Shown here in pieces: positions 45,333 to 54,407 of a stretch of 64,000 nt of DNA (position 1 is its first letter; the number at the start of each line of letters is the position of its first letter). This DNA comes from Myxococcota bacterium (GTDB taxonomy: Bacteria > Myxococcota_A > Polyangia > Polyangiales > Sandaracinaceae). A program made the position numbers and the translations under genes. The stretch covers positions 37,954-101,953 of the forward strand of contig JAYZQJ010000155.1 in assembly GCA_036149055.1 (NCBI GenBank). Reading direction: 5' to 3'. Below the pieces are notes generated by a model. The model was not told the DNA's origin. It saw nothing but the letters and a program-made list of their open reading frames with translations, and ran no database searches.

Positions 45333-46947
45333 CTGTCCTTCCTGCGGCGCCGCCCACGTGAACCCGGGCGCCGAGCCCCGGGCGCTCCCCGACCACGCCG
45401 ACAGCCCCGCGGCTCTCGAGTGGATTCGTCGACGCTGGATCGGGGCCGCGCCGAGCTATCACTACCTGAACGTCATGAGCGGCGTGACTCGTTTCGAGCC
45501 GCTGGAGATCGACGGATTCGCGTGCTGCGTGGCCGTCGTGGCGTACGGGCCCGCCGAGGACCGCAGACGAGCGACCTTCCTGGTCGTCGCGGCGAAACCT
45601 CCGAGCCAGGCTCCCGGCTACCCCGGGGATCAGAGGACCGAGACGGTGTGGCAAGCGGGAGGCATCTACCAGTACCGCCCCGAGGCAGCGGCGTTGACCC
45701 AAGCGAGGCGAGAGCTGACGCGCCTCGTGGACTTCATCCGGCAGGCGGGAGCCATCCCGACGCTGGAGATGGAGACGGTCGAGGCGCCGACGCCGCTGGA
45801 GAGGCCGCCGCTCGTGGTCGCGGAAGACCTCGTCGCCGACCGGAGCTTGAGCTCCGTCGAGCTCTCGTGCGGCTCCTGTGGCGCACCCAGCCGGGCGATC
45901 GAGCTGACCGCCAACGCCCGCTGCCCGTGGTGTGCGGCGGCCATCGCGGTCCCGCCAGCGATCGAAGGCGCGCTGCGGGCCTACCAGGTGAGGGTGGTCG
46001 CGGCGCAGCGCGCAGCCAAGGTACCTGCCGCGCGAGAAGACACGAGCTGGTCTCCGTTCGGAAGCGTGCCCCTCGTGTGCGTTCGATGCGGCGCGCCGAA
46101 CCGGCATCACCCTGGCGCGGCGGACGAGGCATGCCGGAGCTGCCGAGCCCCACTCATCCCGTCTCCGTCCGCACGCGCCCTCGGCGTGGGTGCCGCAGGC
46201 CGGCTCGCCGAGGAAGGACACCGCCGCTGGGGTGACCTGCGAGCGGTCCGGGAGCTGAGGCACACGGCGCGCCTGCGCGGCGGAGAGAAGAAGCTCGCCG
46301 CGCTCGCCACCCTACTGCTCGTCGTGCTGACGCTCGCCCATGCCTACCTGAATGCTCGCGGCCTCCCGGTGCTCGTTCTCTACGTCGTGGCCGGCTGGGT
46401 GCTGTTCCTCGGCACGGTCGTGGCGGTGGTCGTCGGTCGCATACTGGTCGCCCGGCGCTGGCAGCCCCGGCTGGAGGCGCTGGCCGTTCAGCTCGCCAGT
46501 CGCACCGTGGGCTCCCCGGCGGCCCTCGTCGCCTGGGCAAGACGGTGGTGGCCCGATCGGCTCGCGGACGGGTGGCTGAACGACGGTCCCGCCTACGGCG
46601 TGGTGGAGACCGTCGTCGCCGGCTTTCCGGTCGTCGTGGGCGCGCGCGTGGAGACGGCGTTCCGCCCGCGTCGGCAGCTCGAGCGAGGCTTCGCGATGGC
46701 GCTCGTGGCGGCGGCCCTTCCGCGCGACACCGCCTACTGGATCGCGCAGCCCGAGGCGGTGAGCTGCGTGCGAGCCCTCGAAGCCAGGGGCTTCACGGTG
46801 GAGCCGCGCATCGGAGGCCTCGCTGCGCGCGCCCGAGACCAAGCCATCGGAGCCATGGTGCGGGAGCCGGCCGCGGTGATGGAGCTCGCGTTCGTCGCTT
46901 TCACGCTCGCGCGGCTCGCCCACCACCTCCACGCGGAGAACCACTGA
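45244..46947 (+). CDS. Triple zinc-ribbon membrane protein, paralogue 1
   Basis: CGGC..CPSC, CGSC..CPWC, CVRC..CRSC; two TM helices; C-terminal soluble domain. Confidence 0.85.
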   Translation: MARLLGQLRCGGCRHVFWPDRDQATATFVPCPSCGAAHVNPGAEPRALPDHADSPAALEWIRRRWIGAAPSYHYLNVMSGVTRFEPLEIDGFACCVAVVAYGPAEDRRRATFLVVAAKPPSQAPGYPGDQRTETVWQAGGIYQYRPEAAALTQARRELTRLVDFIRQAGAIPTLEMETVEAPTPLERPPLVVAEDLVADRSLSSVELSCGSCGAPSRAIELTANARCPWCAAAIAVPPAIEGALRAYQVRVVAAQRAAKVPAAREDTSWSPFGSVPLVCVRCGAPNRHHPGAADEACRSCRAPLIPSPSARALGVGAAGRLAEEGHRRWGDLRAVRELRHTARLRGGEKKLAALATLLLVVLTLAHAYLNARGLPVLVLYVVAGWVLFLGTVVAVVVGRILVARRWQPRLEALAVQLASRTVGSPAALVAWARRWWPDRLADGWLNDGPAYGVVETVVAGFPVVVGARVETAFRPRRQLERGFAMALVAAALPRDTAYWIAQPEAVSCVRALEARGFTVEPRIGGLAARARDQAIGAMVREPAAVMELAFVAFTLARLAHHLHAENH

Positions 46948-47037
46948 GATGGCGCGGCTTCTCGGACAGCTCCGATGCGGCGGGTGTCGACACGTCTTCT
47001 GGCCGGAGCGTGACCAGGCGACGGCGACCTTCGTGCC
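46936..47037 (+). repeat. 102-bp direct repeat, copy 2 (3 mismatches)
   Basis: Differs from copies 1/3 only at CTC>CTT and GACCGC>GAGCGT. Confidence 0.95.
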
Positions 47038-48670
47038 TTGCCCTTCCTGCGGTGCGCCGCACGCCAACACCACCGCCGAGGCGCGCGCGTTGCCCGCTCA
47101 TGCGGCGGTCCCGAGCGCGCTGGACTGGCTCCGGCGCTACTGGCTGGGGGGCCTCCCGAGCTACCCGTACGTGAGCGTGCTCGGAGGGCTGCGCGCCGCC
47201 GAGGTGCTCCAGCTGCAGGGCTTCGCGTGCCTCGTGACGTGGAACGTCGTCGGGCACCCGCAGCAGCCGTTGCAGGCCGCCTTCTACTTCGTGGCCGCGA
47301 AGCCTCCCCCGACACCGCCGGCCTGCCCGAAGGAGCCTCTGACCGTGACGTCCTGGGCCCCCGGCGGCCTCCATCACTACCGGCACGGGAAGGTGACGCT
47401 GGCGACGGCGCAGCAGGAGCTCGGTCGGATCGTCGCGTTCATGCGGGGCGCGGGCGCGACCCCGTCGCTCCCCTTCGAAGAAGTGGAGGATCCGACGCCG
47501 CTGGAGCGCGCGCCCGAGCAGGTGCAGCGGGACGTCGGCGCCGAGCGGTACCTTGAGTCGCTCGACGTCTCGTGCGGCGCCTGCGGGGCTCCGAGCCGGG
47601 CGGTGGAGCTGACCGGAGCCGCGCGGTGCCCCTACTGCGGAGAGTCCGTGGCGCTGGCGCCCGACCTGGCGCGGACGCTCCACGCGTACCACGCGAGGGT
47701 CGCGGCCGTTCACCGGGTCGCGCGGGCTCCGACCCTGATGAACCTCCGGAGCGAAGGCTGGTCGGCCCGGCTCCGCGCCGACGAGGTGGCGCTCAACTGC
47801 GTCCGGTGCGGCGCGCCGAATCGGCACCGCCCGGGGGCCAGGGACGAGGAGTGCGCGAGCTGCCGCGCCGCGCTCATTCCGTCGGCGTCCGCCCGCGCGC
47901 TGGGCGGCGGCGCGAGCAGCGGGCTGGCCGAGGAGGCGCACCGTCATCGCGGCGACCTCCGCGCGGCGCGCGAGCTGCGAGAGACGTCTCGGCTCCGTCA
48001 GCAGGAGCGCCACCTGCTCATCTTCGGCTGCGTCGCGCTGACGGGCCTCACCGTCCTGGGCGGGCTCCTCACGGTGCTGAGGGGCGTCCCGACGCTCGCG
48101 ATCTTCGCGGCGCTCGGCTGGCTCGGCCTGATCATGGCGGTCGCGACGACGTGGATCGGCCGAACGCGCCTCGGTCGGCGATGGCGGCCTCGCCTGAACG
48201 TGCTCGGAGAGCAGCTCGCCGGACCGGTGGCGGGCAGCCCCGACGCGCTCGCGGCCTGGGCGAAGCGCTGGTGGCCCGATCGCCTCGCTCCCTGGTGGCT
48301 CCGAGAGGGACCCGCCTACGGCCTGATCGAGACGGTGATCGCGGGCTTCCCGGTCGCCGTGGGCGCGCACGTGCAGGTGCCGCTCACGCCGTTCGGCGGG
48401 AGCTCTCGCGCCTTCGCCATGGTGCTCCTCGCGGCCGCGCTCCCGCGAGACACCGCGTACTGGCTCGCGCGCCCCGACGCCCAGGCGCTGGTGCGCCTGC
48501 TCGAGGAGCGAGGGTTCACGGTCGAGCCCCGCCTCGGCGGCCTCGCCGCGCGCGCGGAGCCGCCCGCGCTCGCTCGGATGACGCGGGAGCCCGCAGCGCT
48601 CATGGAGCTCGCGTACGTCGCCTTCATGCTCGCCCGGCTCGCGCACCAGCTCCGCGCCGAGAACCACTGA
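46949..48670 (+). CDS. Triple zinc-ribbon membrane protein, paralogue 2
   Basis: Same architecture as paralogue 1; ends ...AENH*. Confidence 0.85.
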   Translation: MARLLGQLRCGGCRHVFWPERDQATATFVPCPSCGAPHANTTAEARALPAHAAVPSALDWLRRYWLGGLPSYPYVSVLGGLRAAEVLQLQGFACLVTWNVVGHPQQPLQAAFYFVAAKPPPTPPACPKEPLTVTSWAPGGLHHYRHGKVTLATAQQELGRIVAFMRGAGATPSLPFEEVEDPTPLERAPEQVQRDVGAERYLESLDVSCGACGAPSRAVELTGAARCPYCGESVALAPDLARTLHAYHARVAAVHRVARAPTLMNLRSEGWSARLRADEVALNCVRCGAPNRHRPGARDEECASCRAALIPSASARALGGGASSGLAEEAHRHRGDLRAARELRETSRLRQQERHLLIFGCVALTGLTVLGGLLTVLRGVPTLAIFAALGWLGLIMAVATTWIGRTRLGRRWRPRLNVLGEQLAGPVAGSPDALAAWAKRWWPDRLAPWWLREGPAYGLIETVIAGFPVAVGAHVQVPLTPFGGSSRAFAMVLLAAALPRDTAYWLARPDAQALVRLLEERGFTVEPRLGGLAARAEPPALARMTREPAALMELAYVAFMLARLAHQLRAENH

Positions 48671-48760
48671 GATGGCGCGGCTCCTCGGACAGCTCCGATG
48701 CGGCGGGTGTCGACACGTCTTCTGGCCGGACCGCGACCAGGCGACGGCGACCTTCGTGCC
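48659..48760 (+). repeat. 102-bp direct repeat, copy 3
   Basis: Identical to 45231-45332. Confidence 0.95.
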
Positions 48761-50408
48761 GTGCCCCGACTGCGGCGCATTGCACACGAACCCGACGGCC
48801 GACACGCAGGCAGAGCTCCCGGTCCACTGCGCCGACCCCAAGCTGCTCGAGTGGCTGCGCGCGTTCTGGATCGGCCCTCTCCCGCGGCCCGGCGGCTTCT
48901 CCGGTCCGTTCGATGGGCTCCGGCGGGTGGAGCTCATGGAGATTCGCGGCTTCTCGTGCTGCGCCACCTGGCAAGAGCACGAGGGGACCGAGGGACAGCG
49001 TACCCGCTACGTGGTGCTCTTCCTGGCCGCCAAGCTGACGAAGGCGGCCCGCTCGGTGCGTGACGACAGCCTGTGGGCCCCCGGCGGGACCGCGACCGTG
49101 GTCCGACGGTCGGCGTCCGTCGCCGACGCTCGACAGGCGCTGGAGCGCCTCGTGCGCCTGGCCGAGCGCACCGGAGGGCGTCCCACCCTACGCCTCGAGG
49201 AGGTCGAGGACCCGACGCCGCTCGCGCGCGCCGAGGTCGTGGTCGAGCGGGACGAGGCCGCCGAGCGGACGCTCGAGTCGACGGAGGTGTCGTGCGTGTC
49301 GTGTGGCGCGCCGAGCCGCGCGATGGACCTGACGGTCGGGGTGCGGTGCCCCTTCTGCGCGTCCCAGGTGATCGTGCCGCCGGCGCTCGATCGGGCGCTG
49401 CGCGCCTATCACACCCGCGTCGCGGCGGCCCAGCGGGTGATCCGGGCGCCCACGTTGATGAATCTGAGGAGCGAGGCCTGGTCGGCGCAGGTCGCGAGGG
49501 GTCGGGTGCCCCTCGCCTGCGTGCGCTGCGGCGCGCCGAACCGACACCACCCCGGATCGGTCGACGAGACCTGCGGCAGCTGCCACGCGCCCCTGATTCC
49601 GTCGGCCTCGGCGCGGGCGCTGGGCGTGGGCGCGAGCGGGCGCCTCGCCGAAAAGGCGCACCAGCGGCGCGGCGATCTGAGGACCGAGCGCGCGCTGCGC
49701 GAGAGCGCGAGGCTCCGCGCGGAGGAGCGCCACCTGACCCTCTTCGCCGTGGCCGCGCTCACCGCGCTCAGCGTGCTGGCCGGAACGATCTGGGCCCTCG
49801 ACGACAACGCTGCCATCACCGTGTACCCGATCATCGGGTGGCTCGGCCTCGTCGGGGTGGTGAGCGCGAGATGGATCGCGCGGCGCCTGGTCGCGCGACG
49901 ATGGCAGCCGCGCCTCGCCGCCCTCGCCGAGCAGCTGGGGAGCCCGCCGGTGGCGTCCCCCGATGCGCTCGGCGACTGGGCGCGTCGATGGTGGCCCGAC
50001 CGGCTCGCGCCGTGGTGGCTCCGGGACGGCCCCGCGTACGGCGCGATGCAGACGGTGATCGGCGGCTTCCCGGTGGCGGTGGCGGCGAGCCCGCAGACGA
50101 GCTTCGAGCCGCTGCGCCGACGGGCGCGCCCCTTCGCGATGGCGCTCCTCGCGGCGGCGCTGCCTCGCGACACCGTGTACTGGATGGCGCAGCCCGAGGC
50201 GAAGGCCATCGTGCGTGACCTCGAAGGGCGGGGCTACTCGGTCGAGCCGCGGATCGGCGGTCTGGCGGCGCGGGCCGGAGGGAAGGCGCTCGGCGTGATG
50301 AGGCGAGAGCCCGACGCGATCATGGAGCTGGCGTATGTCGCCTTCACGCTCGCGCGGCTCGCGCATCACCTGCGCGCGGAGCCCCATGGGGACGCCCGTG
50401 CGCTATGA
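48672..50408 (+). CDS. Triple zinc-ribbon membrane protein, paralogue 3
   Basis: Same architecture; ends ...AEPHGDARAL*. Confidence 0.85.
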   Translation: MARLLGQLRCGGCRHVFWPDRDQATATFVPCPDCGALHTNPTADTQAELPVHCADPKLLEWLRAFWIGPLPRPGGFSGPFDGLRRVELMEIRGFSCCATWQEHEGTEGQRTRYVVLFLAAKLTKAARSVRDDSLWAPGGTATVVRRSASVADARQALERLVRLAERTGGRPTLRLEEVEDPTPLARAEVVVERDEAAERTLESTEVSCVSCGAPSRAMDLTVGVRCPFCASQVIVPPALDRALRAYHTRVAAAQRVIRAPTLMNLRSEAWSAQVARGRVPLACVRCGAPNRHHPGSVDETCGSCHAPLIPSASARALGVGASGRLAEKAHQRRGDLRTERALRESARLRAEERHLTLFAVAALTALSVLAGTIWALDDNAAITVYPIIGWLGLVGVVSARWIARRLVARRWQPRLAALAEQLGSPPVASPDALGDWARRWWPDRLAPWWLRDGPAYGAMQTVIGGFPVAVAASPQTSFEPLRRRARPFAMALLAAALPRDTVYWMAQPEAKAIVRDLEGRGYSVEPRIGGLAARAGGKALGVMRREPDAIMELAYVAFTLARLAHHLRAEPHGDARAL

Positions 50409-50417
50409 TGGCGCCGC

Positions 50418-52862
50418 ATGCGCCCGCTTCGCTTCTTTGCCGTCCTGTCCGTCGCGCTGCTGGGGACCGTCCCGGCGTACGCCTACCCCGACTATCACCC
50501 GGGGGGGATGAGCGCGTGGCCGCCGTCCTACGGGAGCCTCGCCTGCGAGACGTGCCACCTGAACTCCGGGGGCGGGAGCGGCTGCGGGTCCGGCTTCGAG
50601 CCGTGCTTCAACCCGTTCGGCTACCAGTACTACCTGAACGCGTCGGGGTGGCCCGGGGTCTCCGGCAGCAACGCCGACGGCGACAACCGCACGAACACCC
50701 AGGAGATCTACACCGACTCGACGCTGCCCGGCTTCCCGAACGGCGCCGAGAGCGTCTCGTGCGACATGGAGACGTGCGCGCTCGCGGCGAACGGCGGCAG
50801 CATGACGGGGAGCGTCGCCTGCAGCAGCAACGTCGTCTGCACGTCGACGCGGCACGTGTACGGGTCGGGCCGCGACCGCTACACCTTCTCGTTCAGCTGC
50901 GCCGCGAACACCAGCGGGACCCTGTCGCTCACGGACAGCAACTGGGTGGGCGACTGCGCCGACGTGAACGAGTGCGCGGGCAACCCGTGCAGCCCCGGCA
51001 CCTGCTCGCAGATCCCGCTGGGGAGCTGGACGAGCCCCGGCTACACGTGCTCGTGCCCGACCGGGTACTCGAGCAACGGCACCGCCTGCGTCATCGTCGA
51101 CGACTGCGCCGCCGGCACCGACACCTGCGTGGCCCTCGCCACCTGCAGCGACGATCCCGGGCCGCTCGCCTACACGTGCACGTGCCCGCACGCCGGATAC
51201 CAGGGGGACGGGCGCTCGCCGGGCTCGGGCTGCACCAACATCGACGAGTGCGCGAGCGCGCCGTGCGGGCCCAACGGGGTGAGCTGCACCGAGACGCCGC
51301 TCGGGAGCTGGTCGTCGCCGGGCTACTCGTGCACCTGCGCCGCGGGCTACGGCTTCGACGGCACGACCTGCGTCCTGCAGAACGAGTGCACCGCGGGGAC
51401 CGACGACTGCGTGGCCATCGCCACCTGCAGCGACCCGACGACGATGGCGGGCGACTTCAGCTGCACCTGCCCGGCCGGCTACCTGGGCGACGGGCACGCG
51501 GGCGGGTCCGGCTGCACCGACATCGACGAGTGCGCGATGGGCGCCGACGACTGCCACGCCGACGCGACGTGCACCAACACGCCCGGCTCGTTCAGCTGCG
51601 CGTGCAACAGCGGCTACTCGGGCGACGGCCGCAGCTGCAGCGACATCGACGAGTGCGCCGACCCGATCTTCGTCGCGATGTGCGACGCGAACGCGAGCTG
51701 CAACAACCTCGTGGGCTCGTTCGAGTGCAACTGCGACGCGGGCTACAGCGGCGACGGCTTCAGCTGCGCCGACATCGACGAGTGCGCGACCGGCGCCGAC
51801 GACTGCCACGCCGACGCGACGTGCAGCAACTCGCCCGGCTCCTTCAGCTGCGCCTGCAACACCGGCTACATGGGCGACGGCCGCAGCTGCAGCGACATCG
51901 ACGAGTGCGCCGATCCGGCGCTCGGCGGCGCCTGCTCCACCGCGTCCACGTGCACCAACCTGCCCGGCGACTGGGAGTGCACCTGCAACGGCGGCTTCCG
52001 CGGCGACGGGTTCAGCTGCGAGGACATCGACGAGTGCGCCGAGGGCACGGACGGCTGCGACGCCAACGCGGTCTGCGTGAACTCGATCGGCAGCTACAGC
52101 TGCATGTGCGCCGACGGGTTCGAGGGCTCGGGCTTCAGCTGCACCGACGTGGACGAGTGCGCGGACGGCACCGGCGGCTGCGGCCCCGGCGAGATGTGCG
52201 TCAACCAGTACGGCATGCCGAACACCTGCGTGTGCGCGGTGGGCTACACGGCCGACCCGATGACCGGCGAGTGCGTGGTCGCCTGCGGCGACGCGGTGCG
52301 CGGGCCGGCCGAGGAGTGCGACGACGGCAACACCGACGCCGGCGACGGATGCAGCGAGCGCTGCGACGTCGAGGAGGGCTGGCGCTGCGTGGAGCCCGAG
52401 GGCACCCAGAGCGTCTGCACCAACAGCTGCGGCAACGGCCTCGTCGACGTCGCGGAGGAGTGCGACGACGGCGCGGGCAACTCGGACACCGCGGTGGACG
52501 GCTGCCGCACCGACTGCAGCCGGGCGTACTGCGGCGACGGCGTGACCGACAGCGGCGAGGAGTGCGACCAGGGCGGAGACAACTCGGACCTGACGGTCGA
52601 CGGCTGCCGCCCCGACTGCGTCTGGAGCTACTGCGGCGACGGCGTCGTGGACACCGGCGAGGTCTGTGACCCCGGCGGCGGGCTCCCCGGCGCGTCCCCC
52701 GCGGGCACCTGCACCACCCTCTGCCGGGTGGACGGCGGCGTCGACCCGAGCGATCCCCCGGTGCTCACCGGCGGCGCCTGCGCGACGACCCACGGGCGTG
52801 GCGGATCGGGCGCCCTCTGGCTGCTCGCGCTGGGCGCGCTCTGGCTCCGCCGCCGGCGCTGA
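50418..52862 (+). CDS. Cell-surface protein: N-terminal CxxCH domain, tandem Ca-binding EGF-like repeats, myxobacterial Cys-rich (DUF4215-like) repeats, MYXO-CTERM-like anchor
   Basis: Signal peptide; CETCH; many DIDEC...C...N.PGSF.C.C..GY.GDG units; CGD...EECDDGN repeats; 'GGAC...ALWLLALGALWLRRRR'. Confidence 0.9.
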   Translation: MRPLRFFAVLSVALLGTVPAYAYPDYHPGGMSAWPPSYGSLACETCHLNSGGGSGCGSGFEPCFNPFGYQYYLNASGWPGVSGSNADGDNRTNTQEIYTDSTLPGFPNGAESVSCDMETCALAANGGSMTGSVACSSNVVCTSTRHVYGSGRDRYTFSFSCAANTSGTLSLTDSNWVGDCADVNECAGNPCSPGTCSQIPLGSWTSPGYTCSCPTGYSSNGTACVIVDDCAAGTDTCVALATCSDDPGPLAYTCTCPHAGYQGDGRSPGSGCTNIDECASAPCGPNGVSCTETPLGSWSSPGYSCTCAAGYGFDGTTCVLQNECTAGTDDCVAIATCSDPTTMAGDFSCTCPAGYLGDGHAGGSGCTDIDECAMGADDCHADATCTNTPGSFSCACNSGYSGDGRSCSDIDECADPIFVAMCDANASCNNLVGSFECNCDAGYSGDGFSCADIDECATGADDCHADATCSNSPGSFSCACNTGYMGDGRSCSDIDECADPALGGACSTASTCTNLPGDWECTCNGGFRGDGFSCEDIDECAEGTDGCDANAVCVNSIGSYSCMCADGFEGSGFSCTDVDECADGTGGCGPGEMCVNQYGMPNTCVCAVGYTADPMTGECVVACGDAVRGPAEECDDGNTDAGDGCSERCDVEEGWRCVEPEGTQSVCTNSCGNGLVDVAEECDDGAGNSDTAVDGCRTDCSRAYCGDGVTDSGEECDQGGDNSDLTVDGCRPDCVWSYCGDGVVDTGEVCDPGGGLPGASPAGTCTTLCRVDGGVDPSDPPVLTGGACATTHGRGGSGALWLLALGALWLRRRR

Positions 52863-53094
52863 GCCCCCGATCGGGCCCGATTGCCCCGTGGCGGGGTGAC
52901 TCGCCAGATGGGGACCCTTGTAGGACAAATGCTGTCCTGTATGGGAGGAACGTGTATGCTCCGCCGCTTCTTCGCGCGGTCGATGTGCAGTGATCTCGAT
53001 GCGTTGAGCCCTGGCGTCCGAAGCCCCTGACTGTGTCACATGGCCCCATCCCAGAACAGAGAGAGTAAACGCACGCATTTCTGCCGTACGGTGG

Positions 53095-54327
53095 ATGGAC
53101 ATGAGTAGTCCGGATTCTTCGGGCGACGGTTTCGGCGATGTCACGGCCGAACCCGACGCACGCGCACGCGCAGTACGCGCTCTGAAGCGAATTCCGGCCA
53201 GCTCCTTCCCGGACATGGAGACCTGCATGCGCGTCCTCTCGCAGACGCGCGCGGCGGGCTCTCTCGGGGAGGGGCTGGTGCCCGTGCTCCAGGCGTCGCC
53301 GACGTCGGAGGGCGAGCTCCGGATCACGATGCCGTGGCTCGAGGGCTCTCCGCTCGGGAGCCTGCTCGAGCCGAGGCGGCGGTACGATCCGCGCGCGGTC
53401 GTCGGGCTGGTCAAGAGCGTGGCCCGCTCCCTCGACGCGCTGCACGAGCTCGGGCTCGCCCATCACCGGCTCTCTCCCCGGGCCATCTTCTTGGCGGACG
53501 GCCGGCGCGGCCCCCGCACGGTGCTGCTGGGCTCCGGGCTGGCGCCGCTCGTGGCGCCTCACATCCGGGTGGAGCGCGCGGCCAAGGAGCCGCTCGTCGA
53601 GGAGCCGTGGCTCCCCTACCTCGCGCCGGAGGCGCTGTCGCTGACGGGCCGAGAGCGAGCCGCGGACGTCTACGCGCTCGGCGTGATCGCCTTCGAGCTG
53701 CTGGCCGGTCAGCCGCCGTTCGCCCGTCGTCGCGGCCTGATGGAGGCGGTGCTGGACCGGAAGCGCCATCCCCCGCGGCTCTCTTCGGTCGCCCGCGTCC
53801 CTTACCCTCCGTCGCTCGAGCGAGCGGTGGGCCGGGCGCTCCGGCTCCGCCCGTCCGATCGGTTCGAGTCCGCGTCCGAGCTGGCCGCCGCGCTGGAGGC
53901 CGCGATCGATCGTCCGGTGGGTCGCGAGGCGGCCGCCCTGCGCGTGTTCCTCGGCGGCGACCCCGATGGCGACATCGAGAGCTCGAACGATCTGGAGGCG
54001 ACCGCGCTCGAGCTGACCCCGGCCGAGGTCGACGCCGGCCGGATCGTGTCCCGACCGCCGCCGCCGATGAACCGTCCGATCTCGTCGAGGCCCCCGAGCT
54101 CCGGCAGCTCGCTGCGCACGACGCCGGTGCCGCTGCGGCGCCCGACGCCGAGCCGGATCGAGAGCGCGCGCCGGCGTCGGCGACGCGCGGGCAGCTTCGA
54201 GGTCGTCAGCGAGGAGATGAAGGCGCAGGCCAAGCCCTCCGAGCCGCCGTCGTCCGGGGTGCGGGAGACGCCCATGGGCAAGCGCGCCCTGCGGAACCTC
54301 CGCCGGCTCTTCGGCGGTAAGGACTGA
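53095..54327 (+). CDS. Ser/Thr protein-kinase-like protein, probable pseudokinase
   Basis: ALKRI, ITMPWLEG, LDALHELG, YLAPE, ADVYALG, GQPPF, P.DRF; catalytic loop HHRLSPRAI and DFG>GSG. Confidence 0.8.
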   Translation: MDMSSPDSSGDGFGDVTAEPDARARAVRALKRIPASSFPDMETCMRVLSQTRAAGSLGEGLVPVLQASPTSEGELRITMPWLEGSPLGSLLEPRRRYDPRAVVGLVKSVARSLDALHELGLAHHRLSPRAIFLADGRRGPRTVLLGSGLAPLVAPHIRVERAAKEPLVEEPWLPYLAPEALSLTGRERAADVYALGVIAFELLAGQPPFARRRGLMEAVLDRKRHPPRLSSVARVPYPPSLERAVGRALRLRPSDRFESASELAAALEAAIDRPVGREAAALRVFLGGDPDGDIESSNDLEATALELTPAEVDAGRIVSRPPPPMNRPISSRPPSSGSSLRTTPVPLRRPTPSRIESARRRRRRAGSFEVVSEEMKAQAKPSEPPSSGVRETPMGKRALRNLRRLFGGKD

Positions 54328-54345
54328 CGAACGACCCGTCAGTCC
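54321..54345 (+). terminator. Stem-loop over kinase stop codon
   Basis: GGACTGACG, 7-nt loop, CGTCAGTCC (perfect 9-bp stem); no U-tract. Confidence 0.3.
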
Positions 54346-54407
54346 CCGATTCGGGCTAGCCTCCCGCCGCCGCGCGCTCTTCCGCGGCCTCGACCCCCGG
54401 GAGCCCC

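Noticed and set aside
45231..48760. 102-bp repeats as a CRISPR array, integron attC sites or DGR template/variable repeats
   Set aside because: Repeats are coding and 1.7 kb apart; no cas, integron integrase or reverse transcriptase in the window; the mismatches are not adenine-specific
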